DNA from: Torpedo marmorata
Lineage: Eukaryota
Length of the DNA: 64,000 bases
Reading direction: 5' to 3'
NCBI GenBank assembly: GCA_977017645.1
Contig: OZ360237.1
Coordinates: 45,818,001-45,882,000 of the forward strand
Part shown: piece by piece, positions 22,257 through 35,485 of the stretch
Layout: every line of letters starts with the position of its first letter
Numbering within the stretch: the first letter of the stretch is position 1
Translations under genes and position numbers: made by a program
The notes under the pieces: model-generated
What the model saw: only the letters and a program-made list of their open reading frames with translations
The model's database searches: none
What the model was told of the DNA's origin: nothing

Positions 22257-25200
22257 CAAATATAAAAAAGAATCTTGAATAAACTGTTCATCATCTACAT
22301 TTTGTACATACAAATTCATAAGTGTCCAAAATTCTGAATGAGAATATTTTAGTTGGTGGGGATTTTAATTGTTGTTTAGATCCAATAATGGATAAAACTT
22401 CAAGATCACTTGCTAAAACTAAAATTGCTAAAAGAGTTCTTACTTTGATGAAAGATTTAAATTTAATAGATATTTGGAGAAAACTGAACCCTAGAGAAAA
22501 AGATTATTCTTTTTATTCTTTTAGACATGATTCATATTCTAGGATAGATTTATTTTTATTGTCTTCACAGGTTCAAGACAGAATAATGCAAGCATCTTAT
22601 AAAGCGAGAATAATTTCTGATCATTCACCTTTATTAATATCTTGTATAATTCCGGAAAAAGAGAACTGTATATAGCTGGAGATTTAATTCTTCTTTACTA
22701 AAAAGAAAAGATTTTTGTGATTATATAAGAAGGGAAATTCAGGAATTTTTACAAATAAATTCTAATTCTATTGATAGTAAATTTATTATTTGGGAAGCTT
22801 TAAAAGCTTATTTAAGAGGTCAAATAATAAGTTATTCGGCTAAAATTAAGAAGGATTATCTTCGGGAGGTTGATAATTTAGAGAAGGAGATTGAGTGCTT
22901 GGAAAAAAGATTTACAAAAAAATAGATCAGTTCAAAAAAGTAATAATTTAGTTGGGAAAAAATTACATTATAATTTATTACAAACATAAAATGGAAAAAC
23001 TAATTGAAAGAACTAAACAAAGATATTATGAGTTAGGAGAAAGAGCACAAAGGTTTGGCATGGCAATTAAAAAAAGATCAAACTTCTAGAACTATAAATG
23101 CTATATAAAAAAAAGAATTCTAGAGAAATAACTTATAAACCTCGAAGTAAATGATTCTTTTAAAGATTATTATTTGAATTTATATAAATCTCAGATTGAT
23201 CAAGATGATTCTAAAATTATTAGATTCTTATCTAAAATTACATTACCTAAATTAAATACTCAAAGTAGGGATTCTTTAGATTTGTCTTTCTCAATGAGGG
23301 AAGTTAATGAAGTTCTTACTACTTTAACGAGTGTCAAATCTCCAGGGGAAGATGGATTTCTATCAGAATTTTATAAAGAGTTTAAAGATTTATTGATACC
23401 TCCGTATATGGATGTATTGAATCAAATTACGGAAACCCATTCGCTACCGGATACATTTTTGAATGCAATAATTACAGTTATACCTAAAAAAGACAGATGT
23501 ACTGAAAACGGAATCATATAGACCTATTTCATTGCTAAATGTAGATTATAAGATAATGGCAAAAATTTTAGCAAATAGAATGGCTAATTATTTACCAGAT
23601 TTAATTCATGTAGATCAAGCTGGTTTTATTAAAAATAGATATTCAAAAGATAATATAGCTAGATTAATTAGTTTAATTAATGTGCATAAAAAGAAGGAAG
23701 ATTTACCATTAGTATTAACGTTGGATGCTGAAAAGGCTTTTGATAGATTAGAGTGGAATTTTTTATTTAAGGTATTGGAGAAATTTGGTTTTGGAACTAC
23801 ATTTATTAATTGGATTAAAACTATATATAAAGAACCATCTGCTAAAGTAATTACAAATGGACAAATTTCTTCAAGATTTCCCCTGACTAGATCTACTAGA
23901 CAAGGATGTCCTTTGTCACCAGCATTATTTATTTTAGCGATAGAACCTTTGGCAGAATTAGTTAGAAAAGATGTTAAAATTGTAGGTATTAAAGTTGGAA
24001 TGGAAGAACATAAAATTAGTTTATTTGCAGATGATGTATTGATATATATGACAAAACCTATTACATCTTTAGTACAATTGTCTGCTTTATTGAGAGAGTA
24101 TGACGAAATATCTGGATATAAAATTAACTCTGATAAAAGTGAAATTATGGCATTATCGCAAGGGGATTATAGTAAATGTAAAGAGATTACACAATTTAAA
24201 TGGGCAAAAGAAACAATTAAATATTTGGGAATAAAGATTGATACAAAATTGGCTAATTTATATAAATTAAATTATCTACCATTGTTTATGAAAATAAAAA
24301 AAGATTTAGAAAATTGGAAAGATTTACCTATAACTTTAATGGGAAGGGTAAATTGTATTAAAATGAATGTTTTTCCAAGAATTCAATATCTTTTCCAATC
24401 AATTCCTTATGAAATTCCACAAAAAATTTTTAAAGATTTAAATTCAATTATTAGGAAATTTTTATGGAAAGGAAAGTTGGCACAGGTAGGTATAGAAAAA
24501 TTAACTTGGAATTATGAAATGGGCAGTTTACAACTTCCTAATTTTCAAAATTATTATAAAGCAGCTCAATTAAAATTTGTTAATGAGCTTTTTGATTTAA
24601 CTAAATCTTCTGCTTGGATTAGAATAGAATTAAATAATATAGGAGAAGATTTTAAAGAAGAAGTTATTTATAAATGGGATTCTAAATTAATATCTACAAG
24701 AAGGAAAAATTCTCCTATCTTTAAACATTTGTTAGAAATATGGAACAAAACGGATAAGGAAATAGGAGGAAAAGGATCGATTTCTCCAAAGATGCCTCTT
24801 TATCAAAATGAACTTATTCCATTTACTATTAATAATCAATTATTTAAAATTTGGTTTCAAAAAGGAATTAAGAAAATAAATGACTGTTTTGAAGCTGGGA
24901 AATTTATTACTTTTCAAAGAATGAAAGATAAATTTAATGTATTGGATAATACACTTTTTGCTTATTATCAGATTAGAGCATTTTTGGTTGGGAAATTAGG
25001 TTATAGTTTGATTTTACCAAGACAGAATGAATTAGAATTATTAGTTACTAAAGGAGATGTAAATAAATTTATCTCTCAAATGTATAAATTGTTTCAGAGA
25101 AAAGTTCCTAAAGTAGGAATTCATAAATCAAGACTAAAGTGGGAATTAGATTTGAATGTAACAATAGATGAAAATCATTGGAAAGAATTATGTAAATTAA

Positions 25201-25925
25201 GTATGACGAAGATTATTATTGTCAGATATAGCTTAGTACAATATAATTTTTTTCATCAATTATATTTAACACCTAAAAAATTAAAGAAATTTAATCCGAC
25301 ATTATCAGGTTTATGTTTCAGATGTAATAAAGAGGAAGGTTCTTTTGTACATTCTACATGGTTTTGTCCAAAAGTTTATGATTTTTGGTTGAAAGTTTAA
25401 AAAAATTTAGATGAAGTATTTAAGATTACATTCCCAATGGACCCTATGTTATTTTTATTTGGCGATATTAATATGTATCAAATAGAATTTTTGCGAATTG
25501 CTTTAGCTGTTTCAAAGAAATGTATTGCTATTACTTGGAAATCTGATGTAGATTTAGGGTTGGAAAGATGGCATGCAGAACTTCGTTCATGTATACCACT
25601 TGAAAAAATTACTTAAAATTTACATAATAAGTATCATTTCTTTTTAAAAATTTGGAGCCCATATATGAAAGTTGTTGGTTTAAGAATTTGAAAATCTCTG
25701 GATATCGGATCTACTGGTGAACCTAACCTCCATAATAGAATTAGTTTATAGATGTATTTTTAGATTGACATTCTCCTTATTCTATCTTTTTTCTTTTTTT
25801 TTAAATTTTATTTTATTAGATTAGTAGGGGTGGGAGGGGGGCTGAAAATATATCACAAGTATTTTGATAATTTTATCTTATGTATTTTGTGATTTAAAAT
25901 TTTAAATAAAATATTTTTTTTTTTA
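22257..25925 (+). mobile_element. L1-clade LINE, 5'-truncated with 5' inversion, frameshifted ORF2
   Basis: EN motifs (GGDFN, SRID, SDHSP), RT motifs (LDAEKAFD, RQGCPLSP, LFADD) and Cys-rich CFRC..HSTW..C. AATAAA at 25905. Perfect 16-bp TSD aacgaataatgtatgt at 22241-22256 and 25926-25941. Confidence 0.96.
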
Positions 25926-27030
25926 AACGAATAATGTATGTGTACCCCAGGTTTTTCTGTTCATGCGCTCCTTTGAAACTAGCAGTGCAACATTATACAT
26001 GATACTTGTGTTTGTATTCTCTTGAAACATGTTTCATAAATATAGGAATATTGCTTGGGTTTCTTATTTCTCCAAATTTGATAATTGTGTGATTACATTT
26101 CCAGACTTTGTTTTACAAGGCAAAATATTCCAGTCAATATTAGCCCATTAAGAAGAGCGAGCATGCCCATAAATTCCCATGCTTCAACTGGTTTCCTTCA
26201 GTACTTTCAAGTGGAAGGAAGAAAATAATGGCACCCCAGCCACCCTCCACCCTGCTCACCCTTTCATAGGACTAAAGCAGGCCTCTGATATTCCTAATTA
26301 AAATGTCAAACTTTATTTTCCCTTCATCGTCACAAAATAAATAATTGAGCATTTGTGTCCAGCACTCTGGGGGTTGGGGGATAAGAATTAATATTCATTG
26401 CGTAGACCATGCAAAGCAGGATTTTTTTAATGAAATGCTGCTTTTAGTGAAATTAGAATTCCATTTAGTCAGATTTAATACTGTGTACATTGAAATTGAT
26501 TTTTCAAAATGCCCAGTAAACGTCCCTAAAAGTTTATTATAATCTGTAAATAACTTTTTATAGGCCAATTGTCCTTAAATTTGAAGTATAATATTGTAGT
26601 CTTGCAAAGCACTGAATTATAAATGTAGATAAGAGACTGAAATTTTAAAAGGTTATTATTTTTTAAATTGTTTTATTTAATTGGCATTTTCATCTTTTAT
26701 GCATCCAGTGGAATATTCATTTATTAAACATTTTGGTGGTGTCAGTCTCAGGGTTGGTTGAATCTTGGTAGACATTGGTGCTATTCTTTTAATACTTTAG
26801 CAGCAGCCTTGGTGGTTCTTAAAGCAACTTTCTTAGTGACTGCCTTGATCACACCCACAGTCTGTCTCATTACATGGACGGCAAAGCGACCAAGAGGTTT
26901 GATTATTATATTTTGATATATAATGACAAAAACCGTGTATACATTTCTGCTTGAACTGGGACTAAATTAAAGCATTTGAAACATAAGTGATTATGGATGT
27001 GTTAGTTGAAAGACTGATATTTGCTCCGAT

Positions 27031-27983
27031 TTCAGATTTATTGTCAGAGTACATACATGACATCACATACAACCCTTGAAATTCCTTTTTCCTGCGGGCG
27101 CGGCAGAATTACCACTAATTGGTAGTGCAAAAAAAAACTACACTAAACATGTAAACAAATAAAGAACTGTAAACAGATAACAAATGTAAACAAACTGCAA
27201 TACAGAGAGAAAAAAAAGAAAATCAATAAAGTGCACAAGTAAGTCCTTAAATGAGTCTCTGATTGAGTTTGTCATTGAGGAGTCGGATGGTGGAGGGGTA
27301 GCAACTGTTCCTGAACCTGGTGGTGCGAGTCTTGTGGCACCTATACCTCTTTCCTGATGGCAGCAGCGAGAACAGAGCGTGTGCTGGGTGGTGTGCGTCT
27401 TTGATGATTGCTGCTGCTGCTCTCCGACGGCAGCGTTCACTGTAGATGTACTCAATAGTGGGGAGGGTTTTGCCTGTGATGTCCACTACCTTTTGGAGGG
27501 CTTTACGCTCACGGGTATTGATGTTCCCATACCAGACCGTGATGCACACTTTCCACTACACCTCTAGAAATGTGCCAGGGTTTCTGGTGTCATACCAAAC
27601 CTCCGAAAACTCCTGAGGAAGTAGAGGTGCTGACGTGCTTTCGTCATGATGCCATTGGTGTGTTGGTTCCAGGAAAGATCCTCTGAGATAGTGACTCCCA
27701 AGAACTTAAATTTGCTCACCCTCTCCGCCTCTGATCCCCCAATGATCACTGGATTGTATACCTCTGGCTTACCTTTCCTGAAGTCAACAATCAGCTCCTT
27801 GGTTTTGGTGACATTGAGTGCAAGGTTGTTGTTGGTGCTCCATTCAGCCAAGTTTTCAATCTCCATCCTGTATGCTGACTCATCCCCTTCCTTTATACAA
27901 CCCACTACCGCGGTATCGTCAGCAAATTTGTAGATGGTGTTGTTGTCATACCGAGCCACACGGTCGTAGGTGTAAAGTGAGAA
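27031..27983 (-). mobile_element. Rex1/Babar LINE, 5'-truncated
   Basis: SLYTYD..YKFADDTAVVG..LNVTKTKELIVDFR..KARQHLYFLR; tail tgacaataaatctgaa. Confidence 0.9.
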
Positions 27984-28270
27984 CTTTTGCAATTCAAATC
28001 CAAATTGGGCTAGGTCTGCAGTTCATTTAAATACCAATGAGCATTTCCTGTAAATGAGCTATCTAGATTTGTATTAATGTGAATGAATACGATGCAACTA
28101 TATTGCAGTTTGATATATTCTATTCCCTCCCATTGAAGCGCATTGCAGAAATTGGTTGTATCCAGGTTACTTTCTATGGTAGAGCATTGAACATGCAAGA
28201 TTTATGTAGCGCACAAACACAGCTTAATTGCATAGCTCTTTAGTACAGAGAAGTAAAATAATGTTCACAG

Positions 28271-29606
28271 TATGCTTCTTCCAAATATTCCCTATCATTG
28301 TTTTCTGTGGCAAGTGCACACCTTTGCGGTAAAGGACAAAAGGTCCCATTCTTTTGGAATCATATTTGCCCAACTTTAAAAAAAAAAAAAATGCTGCAGG
28401 GAACCTTTGAAAGCATCTTTGAAAGCATTCAGGGTGGAATTGTACACAGCACACCAAAGACAGAGTGCAATGTTTTTTGAAATAAGCTTCACACTTTCAG
28501 AAATTGAACATTGATCAGGGATGGTCAGGAATACATAGCACTGTGTCGCTACTAGTCTTACCTACCTTTTTAAGGCCGTTGCTTATTTGTTTTCCCATAG
28601 AATGCATTGAAGCTGGCAGCATTAGTGCTGATCCCAAGAGTCATGGTAATACAGTCCTTCATGCGAACGCTTTAAATGTTCTACCATCAGGAAAATCTAA
28701 ATCTTTTCTAGTGAGATTATGGAGAAGGACATTACTATAATTTTATTTCTAGCTACAGTTTTAATGGTTTTTTTTTTGGTACTAGTATATTCTGTGTGTT
28801 GATAATTCTACAGTTTTATTGGAAGAGTGCTTACTGGTAGGTACAGAGAAACTACTGTGACCTGTTATGACAATAGGATGCTGGAACATTATGGGGGGAG
28901 GGTGTAGGTAAGTAAAAATGGATGTAATAAAACATGCAGTAATTGCCATACATTTATAAAATGATTATGGTTGGGATAAAATTATTAACTGCTGTAGAAC
29001 AATTCTGATTTTGGTGTTTGATAAAATGCAGATTAGCATAACTAAAACATTTTTAAAACTAATTTGCTTACATAAAGTCTCAAATGAAAATGAATATAAA
29101 GACAGGAACATTATAAAATAAAAGCATGTACCGGTAGTTTTTAAAAATGATAAGAATTGTATTGAAATTTTCAATTTTAAAAAAGATCCAAATCATGCAG
29201 TATATCCCTCCCTGTAGCCTTCTGGTGCAAGAAGTTGCAATGATGAGCATTCCTTTCAATCCTTCCCAGAGTCCTGCATGCTTTGAGTGTTGGCTGGGCA
29301 AGATACTTTTCTAATCAAACATATACCGTAGTTTGATTCATGGATAAATGCAGTTAAATTATACAGTAATTAATTAGAGTTCTGATACATGTACGCACAT
29401 GCTGAAATCAGCAGGAAGTCGATTGGTTCTCTTCCCAGAAAAAAGTCTACTCAGCATAAGTGGTTAACTGCCAAATTGATTCTTTCAAAAGTTCCCTGCA
29501 GCATTCTTTTTTTAAGTTGGGCAAATATGATTCCAAAAAAAAATCTTACTCAAAGGTGTGCACTTTCCACAGAAAACAATGATAGGGAATATTTGGCAGA
29601 AGTATA
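28271..29606. repeat. long inverted repeat, arms 28271-28417 and 29478-29606, ~1.06 kb spacer
   Basis: ccaaatattccctatcattgttttctgtggcaagtgcacacctttg..ttttggaatcatatttgcccaactt..aatgctgcagggaac is matched by its reverse complement in the right arm. Confidence 0.92.
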
Positions 29607-30371
29607 TGATTTGCCCATCTGTGAGCAATGGCATTGCCTTCTGTGAATGTGGTGATTTTTGGGTATCACTTTTCCCCACAGCAGCTATCTTTGGTAATCT
29701 GATTTTTGTGCTGGGACCTAGAGGTACGAGGAACTGGACTGAGACCAGGTTTGTTTCAGGAGAGAGGTTAACAGCTGCAGCTTACAGTATCGTCTACAGC
29801 AAAAGATTGGGCAAGATTGAATTAAGCATTTTCATTTGATTTTCTAAATTGGCATCCTCAATTCAAGATTCCTAATGGGTGTAATAAAGTTGTTTAGAGT
29901 ATTTCTGATTTTTGTACGAGTGGAGAAGAATTGGATGTATTATGGAGGCTATTTAGTCTAACCAATTCATATCCCTTTATTCCCCATGTGAGCATCTGAG
30001 ACATTTTTGCACAATCATGTAATCTGTAATGTTTTCAAAATTTTATATTGCGGCATATTATATTCAAAGATAAAGGAAAACTCTTGGATATGGCTAATTT
30101 TTCATGGCTTTAAATTCCAAAGTCAATACTACCTTTTGAAGCTGAAGTAATGTAGGGAATTGTAGCATTACATTTGATTACAAAATCATTCAACAAACAA
30201 CATTGATAAAGAAGTCTGCCAAATATGGTGTTTAAATCCTACATTATAAAACCATCATGCTATGTAGTGCTGCAGAGGCACATATTTTCCCCATTTTCAG
30301 TTTTCTGAAACATTGAAAAGTTTTGATATATTTACTGTATGCTAGAATGCTACTGTATTCCACGTTGACTT

Positions 30372-33112
30372 TTGACGTAATAGTCATAGGGGACTCAATA
30401 GTCAGGAGTACAGATAGGGGATTCTGTGGACAGAGCAAGGAGAACCGGATGGTGGTTTGCCTCCCTGGTGCCAGGGTCCGGGATATTGCTGCTCGAGTCC
30501 AGGACATCCTAAAGGGGGAGGGAGATGAGACAGAGGTCGTGGTACATGTAGGTACCAACGACATAGGGAGGAATGGAGAAGAGGTCCTAAAAAGTGAGTA
30601 TAGGGAGTTAAGTAGAGAGTTAAAAAGGACTGAGACTGAGAAAGGGGAAGTTACACTTATAGGGGTGTATTATAGACCACCAAATGGGGAACGCGAACTA
30701 GAGGAGCAAATTAGTAGGGAGATAGCATATATTTAATAAGCACAGGGTAATGATTGTGGGGGACTTTAATTTTCCAAATATTGATTGGGAAACCCATTCC
30801 GTGAAAGGGCTGGATGGTTTGAAGTTTGTAAAATGTGTGCAGGATAGCTTTTTACAGCAATATGTGGAGGTACCAACTAGAGAGGGAGCTGTGTTGGATT
30901 TACTGTTGGGAAATGAGATAGGTCAGGTGACAGAGGTATGTGTTGGGGAGCACTTCGGGTCCAGTGATCATAGTGCCATTAGCTTCGATATAATTATGGA
31001 AAAGGATAGGTCAGGGCCGAGTTGAGGTTTTCTAAGGATTTACAAGGGGTGGATTGGGACTATTTGTTTTCTGGGCAGGATGTAGTAGAGAAATGGAGGT
31101 CTTTTAAAGGAGAGATTTTAAGAGTACAAAATCTTTATATACCTGTTAGGTTGAAAGGTATGGTCAAAAGTTTGAGAGAGCCATGGTTCTCAAGGGAGAT
31201 TGGAAATTTGGTTCGAAAAAAGAGGGAGGACTACAATAAATATAAGAAACGGGAAAAAAGATGTTCGGACACTATATTGAAAGTAAAAAGAATCTTAAGA
31301 AGTAGGGTGAAAATAAATCCAAAGGGTTTCTATAAATATGTAAATAGCAAAAGGAAAGTGAGGAATAAAATTAGTCCCATAGAGAATCAGAGCGGACAAA
31401 TGTGTGTGGAGCCAAAAGAGATGGGGGAGATCTTGAACAATTTATTTTCCTCAGTATTTACTGAGGAGAAGGATATTGAACTGTGCAGGGTAAAGGAAGC
31501 AAAGGGGGTATATATGGAGACTATAGTGATTAAGAAAGAGGAAGTACTGAAGCTTTTGAAGCATATAAAGGTGGATAAGTCTCCAGGCCCTGACAGGATT
31601 TTCCCCAGGACCTTGAGAGAAGTTAGTGAGGAAATAGCGGAGGCTCTGGCAGTGATTTTTCAAATGTCATTAGAGACAGGTATAGTGCCGGAGGATTGGC
31701 GTGTTGTTTAAAAAGAGTTTGAGGAGCAAGCCTAGCAATTACTGGCCTGTAAGTTTGACGTCTGTGGTGGGTAAATTAATGGAAAGCGTTCTAAGAGATA
31801 GTGTGTATAAGTATCTGGAGAGACAGAGTCTGATCAGGGACACTCAACACGGATTTGTGCGTGGAAGGTCATGTTTGACCAATCTTGTTGAATTTTTTGA
31901 AGAGGTGACTAGGAATGTTGATGAAGGTAGAGCAGTGGATGTTGTCTATATGGACTTCAGTAAGGCCTTCGATAAGGTTCCGCATGGGAGGTTAGTTAGG
32001 AAGGCTCAGTCGTTAGGTATTAATTTGGAGATAGTCAATTGGATTCAACCGTGGCTGGAAGGAAGGTGCCAGAGAGTAGTAGTGGATAATTGTTTGTCAG
32101 GATGGAAGCCGGTGACAAGCGGTGTGCCTCAGGGTTCGGTATTGGGACCATTGCTGTTTGTCATATACATTAATGATCTGGAAGATGGAGCGGTAAATTG
32201 GATTAGTAAATATGCAGATGATACTAAAATAGGGGGAATTGTGGATGATGAAGAGGGTTTTCAAAGATTGCAGAGGGATTTGAACTGCTTAGAGGAGTGG
32301 GCTGAAAGATGGCAGATGGAGTTTAATGCTGATAAGTGTGAGGTGCTTCATTTTGGAAAGAATAATCAAAGCAAGACATACGTAGTAAATGGGCATTGAA
32401 GAATGCAGTGGAGCAGAAAGATCTAGGAATAACGGTGCATTGTTCCCTAAAGGTAGGATAGGGTGGTGAAGAAGGCCTTTAGTATGCTTGCCTATATAAA
32501 TCAATGCATAGAATATAGGAGTTGGGAAGTGATGATGAAACTACAAGGCATTGGTGAGGCCATATTTGGAGTACTGTGTGCAGTTCTGGTCACCGAATTA
32601 TAGGAAGGATATCAACAAAATAGAGTGCAGAGAAGATTTACAAGAATGTTGCCTGGGTTTCAGCATCTGGAATACAAAGAAAGATTTAACAAATTAGGTA
32701 TTTATTCGTTGGAACGTAGAAGGCTGAGAGGAGATTTGATAGAGGTACCGGTATTTAAGATTATGAGGGGGATAGAGTTGATGTGGATAGACTTTTTCCA
32801 TTGAGAGTAGGAGAGATGGATACAAGAGGTCATGGGTTGAGAGTTGACGGGAAAAGGTTCAGGAGTAACATGAGGAGGAATTTCTTTACTCAGAGTGGTT
32901 GATGTGTGGAATGGGCTTCCGGGAGAGGTGGTGGAGGCAGGGTCAATTCTGTCATTTAAAGAAAAATTGGATAGGTATATGGATGGGAGGGGAATGGAGG
33001 GATATGGGAAGGGTGCTGGTAGGTGGGATTAGAGGAGGGTACTTGGATCGGTGCAGACTAGAAGGGCCGAACTGGCCTGTTTCCGTGCTGTAGTTGTTAT
33101 ATGGTTATATAG
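30372..33112 (+). mobile_element. CR1 LINE with ORF1 SGNH-esterase remnant, EN, RT and 3' UTR; internally deleted and decayed
   Basis: ORF1 VIGDSIVR..CLPGARV..VHVGTND; EN GVYYRPP, GDFNFP, SDH; RT DFSKAFDKVPH, GVPQGSVLGP, YADD; 3' gggccgaactggcctgtttccgtgctgta. Confidence 0.95.
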
Positions 33113-35232
33113 TATGTATACATTTGTGACACTGGTTTGTTTGTGATAAATTGTTTTCAAAGTAGGATTTCCATTTGATCCATTCCATTTGATTAAGGTT
33201 GCTGTAACGATGAGATCAAGCATTGCGGGTTTCTTCCAAAGTCTCGGTCATCTACCCACCTTGCTGCTTGGTGAATATGGCTAAGCAAGTGGCAGTCATG
33301 TTGATGATAGTCAAGCTCAAGATCCACAGAAGGGAAGTTCCATTATCAGTTTTATACTGAGCTCTTAGAGCTAATCGGCTCACATTTTGATTTTCCAAAG
33401 AAGCATTAAGTACTGATTCAGGTTCAAGTTTATTACAATATTTTTAGAAAGATTCGAGTTAACAGTAGTGATTCATCCAGATCCAATAGGAAATAGCTTG
33501 CTATCTTTTTTTTAAAGCAAAGATGCGGGAAATCTGAAATTCTAGAAAATGTTCAAAATATTTATTAGGTCAAGCAACAAAGTTTACTTTCCTGTGGGTG
33601 ACCTTTTGATTCAACTTGAAAATGTTAAGTACAGATGTGGGGGAAGGAACAAAAAGGAAGGGCTATGCTTGTGGGGAGCAGATAAAATAATAATTGACCA
33701 TGGAAAGAAGCTAATGTAGGTCTAGAGAGTGTATGCTTGAACGTTGGAACTTGGAAATCTGTTCTTCATGCTTACATTGAGCTTTATTGAAATGGTGTTG
33801 AAAGAAGAGGGCAGATTGTCAGAGTGGTTGAAGAATTAAAGGTTTAGGTGACCAGAAGTTCTGCAAAGTGTTATTCAATCTTTGGTTGTCTTGAATAGAG
33901 AATAATGCATCATCAGCTTTAGTAAAGTTAAACTATAAAAAATGACCTTTCACTTGGGTTTCGTGTTTGAACACGTGTTTGAATTTCTGAATGATGGGAA
34001 AGAGCTGAAGGCAGATGTTTTTGTGCTTTCTTTTCCTGAAAAAATTGTGGCGAATAGTTTCATGAATGTAAACATCCACTTTTTTTTTAAATTTAAGTGG
34101 ATGTTTTTGCATGAAACCAGTGTTACAACAGTGGCTGAGCCTGGCAAAATTGTCATTTAACATTCAGACATTGCCTTGTGACTAAACAAGTTTTGGTCTT
34201 GGCAGAAAGAACCCCTGCTTACTAAATCAGTACAAGGTTCTCCATCTGATACCTTTTTTAAAAATGGCCTGCTAATTTGATAACAGTAGAGCAATATTTC
34301 GTCATGCAATCTACTGTTTCTTGGATGTGGAGTTTTCTTTCGGCACTTACTCGATGACTGATCATTTCAAGTATGATAGACCTAAGGAAGGTCAGTATCA
34401 AACATGAAACCATAACTGTCGTCTACTTTTAAACTTGGTAAGCTCTTGGTAGTTCAGAGTTTTTCAAATATTTGGCCCTATTACACCCTTGCAAAGAACT
34501 TGAAGATTCATTATACTTCTAATTATTGAAGTATAGAAGAAAAACAATATGGATTCAAACCATGTCCTGTATCTGATCTCAACAGCAGCATTGAGAGTTG
34601 AACTATTACCTGATGGTTAGAGAAAGAGATTGATGTTCTGGATTATTGCTGAGCAAACCTTGTGGAGGTTCCGTGGCATTTTAAGCAAAAAAAGTAAATC
34701 GAACTGAGCTTTGAGTCTGCATCTGAAGGCCCAGGGCTCCTTCAAAATTAAGTTCTTGCATCAGGACATTGGACACACTTTCAAAGTATTGGAGTCCATG
34801 TGTCATCTGTTGGAATGAACCCAGTAAAGAAGGAAATGGCAATGAAAATGCAAAAAATAAATGGCTTAAGATAATCTTGCAAACCCATTAAAATGTAATT
34901 TTGTTGGTCATGCACCAGTGCACATCAAGAGATGTTTTTCAGGTTTCCTTTTTGCTAAATAGAACTTTGTATTGATTTTCAACCTGATATTAGAATTTCC
35001 CAAAATTTGCCAATCTATTAACCTCAATAATGTAACAGAGGTCATTATTTTATATAGCCTGTTCTAAATGAAATAGATGCATGCTAATTATTTTTTTCAT
35101 TGCTGATTTTACTTTGATAGTCAAGCAACATAAAAACATGTCCTTTGACCCACTACATCAGGGCCAACTGTTGTGCCCACCTGCACTATATCCCATTTGC
35201 TCGCATTAGGTCCATCATCAAGCAGGAGCTTG

Positions 35233-35485
35233 AAGTAAAACATGAAAATCTGTAGACACCGTGGTTGAAGTAAAAACAAGTAAAGAGTTTCCTCCCTTCT
35301 CCACCTATTACCTCCTGCCTTTGGGACCACCCCCCCCCCCCCACTCTTTTATTCGGACGCCTGCCGACATTTTTCCATACCTTGATAAAGGGCTCAAGCC
35401 CAAAACATCGGTTATGTTTTTTTACCTTTGCTATATAAAGGACACTGTTTGACCTGCTGAGTTTCTCCAGCATTGTATTTTTACA
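35233..35485. mobile_element. PLE terminal-repeat fragments in inverted arrangement
   Basis: Minus-oriented end 35233-35279 is joined to a plus-oriented copy carrying ttgataaagggctcaagcccaaaacatcggttatg. Confidence 0.75.

Noticed and set aside
23532-25400. 622-aa RT ORF as an active or domesticated gene
   Set aside because: It is part of a 5'-truncated L1 ORF2 with several upstream frameshifts and a premature stop, and has no ORF1 or promoter.
34067-34077. TGTAAACATCC, identical to the first 11 nt of miR-30
   Set aside because: The rest of the mature sequence and the star arm do not match, and the motif sits next to the loop rather than at the 5p start. Probably coincidence.
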